Of a stretch of 64,000 nt of DNA, positions 43,908 to 51,985 are shown one piece after another. Positions within the stretch are counted from its first letter, which is position 1. Each line of letters opens with the position of its first letter. Below the pieces are notes generated by a model. That model worked only from the letters and a program-made list of their open reading frames with translations. It searched no databases and was not told the origin of the DNA. The DNA lies in the NCBI GenBank assembly GCA_964447175.1, contig CAYURP010000004.1, forward strand, positions 58 through 64,057, read 5' to 3'. The translations under genes were made by a program, and so were the position numbers. The DNA is from an uncultured Ignavibacteria bacterium. GTDB lineage: Bacteria > Zixibacteria > MSB-5A5 > SM23-73-2.

Positions 43908-44393
43908 ATGAAATGCTACTTTACAGCAAAACCTGAGTCAACTGATGAGCCGGGAAAAAAGAGAGTATTGACCTCCTTTGCCATACCCGATCTGGGTGTT
44001 TTATTCAGGACCCATTATTCAGGTGAAGTGGATGAATGCAATTATATAAGCCTTTTGAAGCTTTTGAAATTCGTCGAGTCAAATCCCAAGGTCTTCGATA
44101 ATCATAAAATTCAGGTTTACTCCCACGAGCCCCAGATTGTCTATCAGGTGAACGGGAAAATCCCCTGTGGCGAGAGGCTGCAAAAGTTAAATGGCTTAGC
44201 CCTTTTGTATAAGGCAAAACTCAAGTACTCGCTGGACTGGGTACATTTAAAGGATAACAAAGCTGAGAAGGGGATTATAGACCAGCCCCAGACGAAAATC
44301 CTACTCCCCCTCAACTTTGATGAATTGGACGATTCGCTTAAAAAAAGAATGAAACCCAGATCCAATACAAAGCGCTCCCCTTTGTCCATGTAA
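43908..44393 (+). CDS. Hypothetical protein.
   Basis: The ORF has a good RBS (ggaggg-7nt-ATG at 43908). No family recognised. Confidence 0.4.
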   Translation: MKCYFTAKPESTDEPGKKRVLTSFAIPDLGVLFRTHYSGEVDECNYISLLKLLKFVESNPKVFDNHKIQVYSHEPQIVYQVNGKIPCGERLQKLNGLALLYKAKLKYSLDWVHLKDNKAEKGIIDQPQTKILLPLNFDELDDSLKKRMKPRSNTKRSPLSM

Positions 44394-44425
44394 CGTAACT
44401 TTCAGTATTTCATTAAATTATCTCC

Positions 44426-44460
44426 TTGACAAATTTCGATTTTTAGTTAAATTATTTTAA
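44426..44460 (+). promoter_or_regulatory. Conserved upstream motif TTGACAAATT-N16-TTATTTTAA (copy 3 of 3).
   Basis: The box is 'cTTGACAAATTtcgatttttagttaaaTTATTttaa', ~70 bp upstream of the 44530 ATG. The same box and spacing occur at 4579 and 8346. Confidence 0.35.
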
Positions 44461-44529
44461 AGGACATAATAACCTTGAATCTTATTCTCTATTTGGCATA
44501 GAGGATAGAATTTTGAGCGGGGTGAGAAA

Positions 44530-46515
44530 ATGTTCAGAAAAATAGCGATTTTGGCTGCATTCCTTGCTTTTGTCGCATTTGATCTGAATGCTCGTTCTCT
44601 GATTTCAGAAGAGCCAATTAAAATGAACGGAATCCCTGAGGCTCAGCAGAGGGTGCATAGAGTGGGGAACGTTTATTTCTGCAACACCAACTGGGGTTTT
44701 TTAGGAAGCCAGATGAGAGACATATATGAGTCCATAGGTGGGTGCTTCAATCCCAACCCTGAGAAGGAAGTTCAGGCTCCTTCGTTTGAGACTCCACCGA
44801 ATTCTGGATTAGAATACCTTTTCCAGGGTGCGCTCTGGATCGGAGCTATAGTTACAACCAATACAGAAATTGAGACACTGGTAACTGTGGGTGCGGATGG
44901 CTGGTGGTGGATCTATGAGATGGCACCAGGTGAGGGGTCGGAGTATGGGATAATCGAGAAGTCCACAATCCATCCAACTTCCTGTTATTCTCCGGAGGCT
45001 CTTTCTGCACAGGATATAATAGGAATTTTCTCGGATACTGCTGATGCTCCACTTTCTCCCTGGGATCCGAGTACAGACTGGGATGGCAGACCGCATCATC
45101 CCTTAGGAGTAGAAATCACTCAAATTGGTTACTCCTGGTCATTGCCGGAGTATGGCGATTTCATAATTCTATGCTATATAGTTAAGAACATCGGAACCTA
45201 TAATTTGTCTGAAATGTACCTGGGTTTCTATATGGATACAGATATCTGTCATATCAGCGAGAATCCCTATAATCCAGATGAAGGAGCTCAAGATGACATA
45301 ACCGGCTTTTTGAAGAATTACGTTACACCATCTGGAGAAACAACTGAGGTGAATATTGCCTGGGCTGCTGATAATGATGGCCAGCCATACTCAGGAGTAT
45401 TTACTGAACTCAGTCCTACAGGTGTGATAGGGCTGAAACTGCTGGGTTGTAGCAACCCTAATGTCGGAATTTCATATAATTGGTGGATTTCAAATTATCA
45501 AGGTTATCCATGGGACTGGGGTCCCTGGCTTAAGGTAAATCAACAAAAATGGGAGGAAATCAACCCATACGGATCGGGAAACCGTTTTCCAGATAATGCC
45601 ATGGGCACACCAGGAGGTGATCGGTCCAAATATTTTATCTTGTCCAACGGAGAGATGGATTTTGATCAGATATTCACAGATACCTTGCCCAAGCTGGATA
45701 CTTCCTGGGTTCCAGCTCAAAGTTCAGTATCCCAGGATTTGGTTGATGGATATGATATTAGATTTCTTTATTCATTGGGCCCTTTTAATCTTCCTCCAGG
45801 TGATAGTATTTTCGCAGCAATAGCATTGATGGCTGGTGGAAGTTTTCATAGTGATCCTGAAAACGAGGATGTTAACCTGCCTTTGTATCCTTATACCTAC
45901 TACTCAAATCTTGATTTCTCGAACTTAATTGAAAATGCACAGATAGCCCAGCAGATTTATGATACTTTACTTGACTTCCACCCACCTGCGTCAATCAAAA
46001 ATCTTAGAGCGAGCTTAATTGAAAATGGCTCAGTTACTCTTACCTGGACCACCCCTGGTGATGACTGGGATTTCGGTATAGCTTCTTTTTATGATTTAAG
46101 ATATTCAGATTTACCTGTGGAAGAAGATACCATTTCCTGGTGGGAGCAAGCATATATAGCTACAAATTTGCCTGTCCCTTCTGAGCCAGGATCTATAGAT
46201 AGCTGCCAGGTTTCAGGCCTTTCATCAGACAGTGTTTATTATTTCATTATCAGAGCCTGTGACGATGTGGGTTATTGCTCAGATTTTTCTAATATCGCCT
46301 ATTCAGGGCTATCTGGTGATATTGACCTGAACGGTCAGGTTGATATAGACGACATCTTAATTGTAGTTCAATATACATTAAAATCTGGTTATCTTGTGCT
46401 TCCACTGGCTGCTGCGGATGTGAATGGTGACTGCTTGGTCAACATTGTTGACGTGGTTTATCTGGTTAACTATGTGTTCAAAGGAAGAGCTGCTCCTCAA
46501 ATTGGATGTGCTTAG
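44530..46515 (+). CDS. Secreted protein with an FN3-like domain and a C-terminal tandem dockerin module.
   Basis: The signal peptide is MFRKIAILAAFLAFVAFDLNARS. The FN3-like stretch is 'IKNLRASLIENGSVTLTWTTPGDDW...YYFIIRACDD'. The C-terminus reads 'GDIDLNGQVDIDDILIVVQYTL...ADVNGDCLVNIVDVVYLVNYVFKG'. Confidence 0.7.
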   Translation: MFRKIAILAAFLAFVAFDLNARSLISEEPIKMNGIPEAQQRVHRVGNVYFCNTNWGFLGSQMRDIYESIGGCFNPNPEKEVQAPSFETPPNSGLEYLFQGALWIGAIVTTNTEIETLVTVGADGWWWIYEMAPGEGSEYGIIEKSTIHPTSCYSPEALSAQDIIGIFSDTADAPLSPWDPSTDWDGRPHHPLGVEITQIGYSWSLPEYGDFIILCYIVKNIGTYNLSEMYLGFYMDTDICHISENPYNPDEGAQDDITGFLKNYVTPSGETTEVNIAWAADNDGQPYSGVFTELSPTGVIGLKLLGCSNPNVGISYNWWISNYQGYPWDWGPWLKVNQQKWEEINPYGSGNRFPDNAMGTPGGDRSKYFILSNGEMDFDQIFTDTLPKLDTSWVPAQSSVSQDLVDGYDIRFLYSLGPFNLPPGDSIFAAIALMAGGSFHSDPENEDVNLPLYPYTYYSNLDFSNLIENAQIAQQIYDTLLDFHPPASIKNLRASLIENGSVTLTWTTPGDDWDFGIASFYDLRYSDLPVEEDTISWWEQAYIATNLPVPSEPGSIDSCQVSGLSSDSVYYFIIRACDDVGYCSDFSNIAYSGLSGDIDLNGQVDIDDILIVVQYTLKSGYLVLPLAAADVNGDCLVNIVDVVYLVNYVFKGRAAPQIGCA

Positions 46516-46548
46516 AGTTCTCCTAAAAATCTCTTGATATTTTCCTAG

Positions 46549-46578
46549 GCTGGAGTTAAATTACTCCAGCTTTTTTAT
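46549..46578 (+). terminator. Rho-independent terminator.
   Basis: The stem is GCTGGAGT/ACTCCAGC (8 bp, perfect) with loop taaatt, followed by TTTTTTAT. Confidence 0.65.
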
Positions 46579-46616
46579 TTCTGGATAGTCAATGTCAATG
46601 TTGGCTTACGTGACTT

Positions 46617-46799
46617 TTGCCAATGATTAAGTTGAATAAAATTCTATGCGGCAGGTGCGGGGGGTGTGTGGCGGTATGCGAGCCCGATGCCCTGGAATTA
46701 AACTCGAATGAATTGATAATAAAAGAAGAACTTTGCACCCAGTGCAATAACTGTGTTATTTTTTGTCCATCCAGTGCTTTAGAAAACGAAGATGAATGA
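46617..46799 (+). CDS. 4Fe-4S ferredoxin.
   Basis: It has two Cys clusters, 'CGRCGGCVAVCEP' and 'CTQCNNCVIFCP'. Its end overlaps the downstream reductase. Confidence 0.8.
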   Translation: MPMIKLNKILCGRCGGCVAVCEPDALELNSNELIIKEELCTQCNNCVIFCPSSALENEDE

Positions 46800-47973
46800 G
46801 AAATTCGACTGTATAGTCATAGGTGCTGGTCCAGCCGGGTCAATGGCAGCTAAGACTATGGCTGAAAAAGGACTTGACGTCCTGCTTCTGGAAAAGGATA
46901 AGGTTATCGGACAGCCCCTATCCTGCGCTGAGGGTATAAGTGTTCTGGGTTTGAATCAGTTCTTTGAGCCTGATCCCCGCTGGATATGTGCTAAAATCCA
47001 CAAACTCCTTCTGGTCAGCCCATCAGGTAACAAAGCGGAAACAGATCACCCGGATGCTGCTTATGTGCTGGATCGAAAGCTTTTTGATAAAGAGCTGGCA
47101 GAGCAGGCAGGTTCTTCCGGGGCTGAGGTTAAGGTGGACTCCTGTGCTGTGGGCTTGACCAGAAACCAGAATAGGATTTCTGGAGTGAGAGTAACAGAAA
47201 ATGGACGGGAAAAAGAATATTATGCGAAAGTAATAATCGGGGCTGATGGTATTGAATCTAAAGTGGGCCGGTGGGCTGGTATCGATACATCGCTGGAACT
47301 GGGAAGATTGGATTCGGCATTTCAGTATCTTCTGGTTTCAGATGAAATTGATCCTGAGTGTATGGAGTTCTACGTGGGAGAAAAGATCGCACCTGGAGGT
47401 TATGCCTGGATCTTCCCTAAAGGGCGAAATTGTGCCAATGTGGGCCTGGGCATCTCTCCTGCTTTGGCTCCTGATCTTAAACCAAAAGAGCTTCTGGATG
47501 AGTTCGTTAAGAAAAGATTCAATCGATTCTCGGTGGATGAAACAATGATGGGCGGGACACCCACTTTTTCCCGGGATAACGTTATAGTCAAGAAAAACGT
47601 GCTTCTGGTGGGCGATGCTGGCAGGATTGTTGATTCCCTGTCCGGAGCAGGCATTGCCAATGCCTTATTGTCCGGCAAAATAGCAGGCCAAGTGGTGAGC
47701 CAATACGTAAAAGAGAATCCGGGGTCAGTTGAATTCTTGAAAAAATACGAAAAAGAACTAATGAAAAGGAGGGGACGGGAGCTTCGGTTTTACTCTTTCT
47801 GCAGGAAGGTTTTTTTGAAGATGAACGACGAGGACTTTGACCTCGTGGTTAAATTTTTGGATGACTATCTGGGCGGGAAAAAGGTAAAAGGGCTGGACCC
47901 TTTTGCCATAGTCAAGGCGATATTTAAGTCTAATCCCAAGCTTTTGAGGCTTTTAAAACATGTGGTCTGGTAA
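46792..47973 (+). CDS. Geranylgeranyl reductase family FAD-dependent oxidoreductase.
   Basis: 'FDCIVIGAGPAGSMAAKTMAEKGLDVLLLEK' is the FAD-binding GxGxxG motif. The length and the 'GDAAG' motif match GGR/ChlP-like enzymes. Confidence 0.8.
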   Translation: MNEKFDCIVIGAGPAGSMAAKTMAEKGLDVLLLEKDKVIGQPLSCAEGISVLGLNQFFEPDPRWICAKIHKLLLVSPSGNKAETDHPDAAYVLDRKLFDKELAEQAGSSGAEVKVDSCAVGLTRNQNRISGVRVTENGREKEYYAKVIIGADGIESKVGRWAGIDTSLELGRLDSAFQYLLVSDEIDPECMEFYVGEKIAPGGYAWIFPKGRNCANVGLGISPALAPDLKPKELLDEFVKKRFNRFSVDETMMGGTPTFSRDNVIVKKNVLLVGDAGRIVDSLSGAGIANALLSGKIAGQVVSQYVKENPGSVEFLKKYEKELMKRRGRELRFYSFCRKVFLKMNDEDFDLVVKFLDDYLGGKKVKGLDPFAIVKAIFKSNPKLLRLLKHVVW

Positions 47974-47979
47974 AAAAGA

Positions 47980-48258
47980 TCAATCCTTTTTTTCCTCAGA
48001 GGATGAGGCTAATTTGTTAACCAGCTTTGACAGGCGGGCTTTGGTTCGGGCAGCTGTTTTTTTATGGATTATCTTTTGCCTGACTGCTTTATCCAAAGCG
48101 GAAACAGCCTCTTTTAAATTTTCCTGAGCTTGCTTTAAATCAGATGAGTCTTCCACTTTTTTTATCAGGCTTTTTATCTTGGCTTTTATGGAACGATTAC
48201 GCAGATTGGCTTTATGGCTCTGTCTTAACCTTTTAACAACTGATATATGTTCTACCAA
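47980..48258 (-). CDS. rpsT: 30S ribosomal protein S20.
   Basis: 'HISVVKRLRQSHKANLRNRSIKAKIKSLIKK...KIIHKKTAARTKARLSKLV' matches RpsT. Confidence 0.9.
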   Translation of the reverse strand: MVEHISVVKRLRQSHKANLRNRSIKAKIKSLIKKVEDSSDLKQAQENLKEAVSALDKAVRQKIIHKKTAARTKARLSKLVNKLASSSEEKKD

Positions 48259-48316
48259 AATTCCTCCTTTTTTGAAAAAACAATTTAACTAAAATTTGTG
48301 ATTTGTCAACCCAAAA

Positions 48317-49879
48317 ATGAACCAGGACGATAAATTATTTAAATCTACCGGCATCGTCAGCTCAGCTACCTTTCTCTCAAGGGTTCTGGGTCTGGTAAGG
48401 GAGCAGATGTTTGCCTATCTTTTCGGAGCGGGATATTCAATGGATGCCTTTGTGGCTGCCTTCAGAATTCCCCATCTTCTGCGGGATCTTTTTGCCGAGG
48501 GAGCCTTAGCCACCGCCTTTGTTCCGGTCTTCACGGATCATCTAACTAATAAAGGGAAAAAAGAGGCTTTTTATCTGGGGAATCTGGTGATAAATACCCT
48601 TCTGGTAGTCCTGAGCCTGGTGATCCTTTTGGGGATACTTTTTGCCCCTTTTCTGGTGAATTTGATCGCTCCCGGTTTTGGTGAAATTCCCGGAAAACTC
48701 GAGCTGACCACCCAGCTCACCCGCATACTTTTTCCGTTTTTAGCCTTGGTTTCCTTAGCAGCAGTGGTTATGGGAATGCTTAACTCCTTCGGACATTTTG
48801 CCACCCCGGCCCTGGCTCCCACTATGTTTAATATAGGTATAATCTTTTCCGGATTTGTGCTTAGCCCGCTTTTTGATCCTCCTATTCTGGGAATAGCTTT
48901 GGGAGCGCTTTTGGGTGGTCTGGGACAGCTGGGTATTCAGATTCCCAGACTCAGAAAAGAAGGATTCCGATATAAACCGGTTCTAAATTTTCGAGACCCG
49001 GGATTGAAAAGGATTCTTCTTCTGATGACCCCGGCTGTTTTCGGTATAGCTTCAACTCAGATAAATGTCTTTGTGGCAACCAACCTGGCTTCGCTTCTTC
49101 CTCAGGGAAGCGTCTCCTACCTCAGTTACGCCTTCCGCTTGATGTATTTCCCTCTGGGAGTGTTCGGGGTGGCTGTAGCTACTGTGACCTTACCTTTAGT
49201 TTCCATTCATGCTGCCCAGAATAAAACCGACCAGGTGCTTTCCACCTATAGCACCTCTTTAAAGCTGGTCTTTTTTCTGGTGATTCCCTGCACTATTTTT
49301 TTAATTGTGGCAGCTGGTCCCATAATATCTTTGCTTTTTCAGCATGGAAAATTTCAATACTTAGACACAGTTGCCACCTCCAGGGCTTTGATTTTGTATT
49401 CGCTGGGCCTCATTGGTTTTGCTGTTATCCGGATAACTGCACCGGTGTTCTATGCTTTGAAGGACACCAAGACTCCGGTGATAATATCCGCCATATCCGT
49501 AGCCCTAAACATCATTCTGAACATCATTTTGATGCGATCTATGGGTTATCTGGGATTAGCTTTAGCCACCTCCATAGCTGGCTGGGTGAATATGCTTTTA
49601 CTTCTTCTGATGCTTAACCAAAAGATCGGACCCTTTGATTTTAAGGACCTGTTCAAAGCCTCTTATGAGATAATCCTGGCATCTTTTATAATGGGAGGAT
49701 TGGTCTGGTTGTTCTTTTCCTTTTACCATTTGGATTTAAGCGTTGCTCCATTATCGCAGAAGATTTTATCAGTTTTGATTTCAATGGGCTTGGGTCTTTT
49801 GGCCTATGTTTCAATTTGTCGTTTTTTTAATGTGGCTGAATTAAAAAGGATTTTGGATATATTCAGAAAAGTTCGTTAA
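48317..49879 (+). CDS. murJ: Lipid II flippase MurJ/MviN.
   Basis: 'SATFLSRVLGLVREQMFAYLFGAGYSMDAFVAAFRIPHLLRDLFAEGALATAFVPVF' matches MurJ. It has 14 predicted TM segments. Confidence 0.9.
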   Translation: MNQDDKLFKSTGIVSSATFLSRVLGLVREQMFAYLFGAGYSMDAFVAAFRIPHLLRDLFAEGALATAFVPVFTDHLTNKGKKEAFYLGNLVINTLLVVLSLVILLGILFAPFLVNLIAPGFGEIPGKLELTTQLTRILFPFLALVSLAAVVMGMLNSFGHFATPALAPTMFNIGIIFSGFVLSPLFDPPILGIALGALLGGLGQLGIQIPRLRKEGFRYKPVLNFRDPGLKRILLLMTPAVFGIASTQINVFVATNLASLLPQGSVSYLSYAFRLMYFPLGVFGVAVATVTLPLVSIHAAQNKTDQVLSTYSTSLKLVFFLVIPCTIFLIVAAGPIISLLFQHGKFQYLDTVATSRALILYSLGLIGFAVIRITAPVFYALKDTKTPVIISAISVALNIILNIILMRSMGYLGLALATSIAGWVNMLLLLLMLNQKIGPFDFKDLFKASYEIILASFIMGGLVWLFFSFYHLDLSVAPLSQKILSVLISMGLGLLAYVSICRFFNVAELKRILDIFRKVR

Positions 49880-49887
49880 TTGCATAG

Positions 49888-49934
49888 GTGTCAGGTCACA
49901 CTCATAAAAAACATTAGCAAGACCTGACACAACA
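49888..49934. repeat. Family-1 palindromic repeat, copy 2 (GTGTCAGGTCACACTCATAAAAAACATTAGCAAGACCTGACACAACA).
   Basis: The 10-bp inverted arms are GTGTCAGGTC/GACCTGACAC. It is in direct orientation relative to the copy at 51615. Confidence 0.7.
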
Positions 49935-50005
49935 AGAAGAAAATTTTTATTATATTTATTAATAAGTAATCCAATTGGATTGCTGTTCATAGGTTAAGTG
50001 ATTAA

Positions 50006-50608
50006 ATGGCAAAGTTTCGCCATGCAGTTTTAAATGAGATGAGTCTCGGTGGTCGTGTCAGAGTTTTTGCAGAACCCTTAGTCATTGAGGAAATATTGAA
50101 GCACGTCAAGCAAAGTGGGGCTAAGAGCAAAAAGCAATTTCAGAATGTCTTTTTTTATCATAGGTTGCCTTCACCGATTGATCTTCTTTGCCTCGAGATA
50201 TTAGGTGAAGCAATTATGTTAGGCAAATTAGATGTTCTTAGTGAATTCATTTTGATCCCTCCTAAAATTGATCCCTCCTTGAAGCATATAGGCGGAAGAA
50301 GAGGAAGAACAACCGAATCCCCAGAACACCAAGGGATGAAAATATGGGTAAGAGATTTCCTACATTCTAAAGAAATTTCAGCTGTGTGGGAGATATCATA
50401 CTTGGGTTATCATGTGGACGTAGGATGCCTCAAAAAACTGATTTTTGTTGAATGTGGTGACACGGAACCTCGTAAGATATTTGAATTCCTTCGTCAAAAT
50501 CTGAGCATCGGTATACTTCAGTATGATTCTGAAGAAATCTTATGGTTTAAACCTAAAGCCTCTTTTACGGAATTCGCGAATTCCAAGGCTGATGGGCTGA
50601 TTGTTTAG
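50006..50608 (+). CDS. Hypothetical protein (200 aa) inside the repeat-bracketed segment.
   Basis: It is an intact ORF with no recognisable family. Confidence 0.4.
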   Translation: MAKFRHAVLNEMSLGGRVRVFAEPLVIEEILKHVKQSGAKSKKQFQNVFFYHRLPSPIDLLCLEILGEAIMLGKLDVLSEFILIPPKIDPSLKHIGGRRGRTTESPEHQGMKIWVRDFLHSKEISAVWEISYLGYHVDVGCLKKLIFVECGDTEPRKIFEFLRQNLSIGILQYDSEEILWFKPKASFTEFANSKADGLIV

Positions 50609-50787
50609 GTGTGCAACTGAAAACAGAAGTTTTTTTGTTCTATCGGGTCTTGCCCGGCGGGTGTGATCTGCCTGCTTCGCTGCGTAAATTGTAGTTTGCC
50701 GATTCATCGGCTATAATAAGCCCCATAAATGTGGCAACTACAATACAAAACACGCCCAATGAATTGGGCAACTACAAGAGAATTTCA

Positions 50788-50870
50788 TCGGGTAGGACAA
50801 GGTCTCCTGACCTTGTCTACAGAGTTCTGGGTCAGGAGACCCAGAACTACCCAATTGTATTAACACAGGT
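50788..50870. repeat. Family-2 bipartite palindromic repeat element, copy 3.
   Basis: 'TCGGGTAGGACAAGGTCTCCTGACCTTGTCTACAGAGTTCTGGGTCAGGAGACCCAGAACTACCCAATTGTATTAACACAGGTT'. Confidence 0.7.
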
Positions 50871-51089
50871 TATTTGTTGGTGGCGGAATTGTCGTCAAGA
50901 CCCGTTTCGGGGATTTCCGCCACCTTATTTTATAGGTTGGGCAAATCCAATTGCCCAACCAACAGGAGAAAAACACAGGTTGGGACAACATGTGATACCG
51001 ATTTTCATTTTTCTATCCACCAATAACCAATCGCCCATCTACCAACAGGGTGGAGCCAAGCTCCACCCCTTCGCGTTATTTTGAATGTT

Positions 51090-51545
51090 TTATGCTGCCT
51101 TTAGCTCTGATGTACAGTTAGGGCAACGGGTTGCCTTTATTGATATCTTTGAGAAACAGTAGGGACAATCTTTGGTGGTGGGTTCAGGGGGCGGAGCTTC
51201 CTCTTTGCGCTTGAGCTTGTTGATACCGCGAATGAGAAGGAATACCGCAAAAGCAACTATTAAAAAACTGATAATGGTGTTTATGAAGACCCCGTAGTTC
51301 AATGAAACCGCACCGGCTGCCTGAGCATCATTAAGGGAAGCATAGGGTCCGGGAGTAGTACCACTTTTCAGAATCACAAAAAGGTTGGAAAAATCCACGT
51401 TACCCAATAGCAGGCCGATGGGTGGCATAATGACATCGGTAACCAGTGATTTGACGATTGTTCCGAAAGCAGCACCGATGATGATCCCTACTGCCATGTC
51501 CACTACGTTGCCCCGCATGGCAAACTCTTTGAAATCCTTCAGCAT
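51090..51545 (-). CDS. mscL: Large-conductance mechanosensitive channel.
   Basis: '[44 protein letters not shown]' matches MscL. Confidence 0.9.
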   Translation of the reverse strand: MLKDFKEFAMRGNVVDMAVGIIIGAAFGTIVKSLVTDVIMPPIGLLLGNVDFSNLFVILKSGTTPGPYASLNDAQAAGAVSLNYGVFINTIISFLIVAFAVFLLIRGINKLKRKEEAPPPEPTTKDCPYCFSKISIKATRCPNCTSELKAA

Positions 51546-51614
51546 AAGGACACCTCCTATGAGTTTGGCTTGGTTGTTTTTGTTATTGGCTTCATTTCGC
51601 CTATTTGTTACATA

Positions 51615-51663
51615 TGTGTCAGGTCACACTCATAATAAACCATGAGCAAGACCTGACACAACA
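51615..51663. repeat. Family-1 palindromic repeat, copy 3 (TGTGTCAGGTCACACTCATAATAAACCATGAGCAAGACCTGACACAACA).
   Basis: It matches the copies at 24419 and 49888. Confidence 0.7.
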
Positions 51664-51884
51664 GGAACTCCTTTAAGTTAAGAGTCATATTTATAAAGCT
51701 TTTTGAAAACTGCATTATTTTTAAACCTCTTCTGAGTTGGTCAAACGAGCAATAGAGATGAGTCAGTTCTGTTCTTGCGTCTTGATATTCAGATTCATTT
51801 TTGCCCGAGCTGTACCCAACCCGATGTAATTTAATAATTCAGATTAAAAGCGGAAAAGTCAACTGGTTTTTAAGATTTTTTAAC

Positions 51885-51913
51885 TTGACAATTGGGGTTG
51901 AGCTTAATAAGAT
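51885..51913 (+). promoter_or_regulatory. Sigma-70-like promoter for comEC.
   Basis: TTGACA-17 nt-TAAGAT, ~70 bp upstream of the 51986 ATG. Confidence 0.4.
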
Positions 51914-51985
51914 GAAAATGTCTACATTTTGGAACGACTAAGGGTGTTTAGTATGTTCAAGAGTTTTAAGGTGGTAAAAAAATAA

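Noticed and set aside
50731-51084. A 117-aa ORF lies in the 480-bp palindromic gap.
   Set aside because: It overlaps the repeat elements and multiple perfect palindromes. It has an odd composition and no RBS, so it is more likely non-coding.
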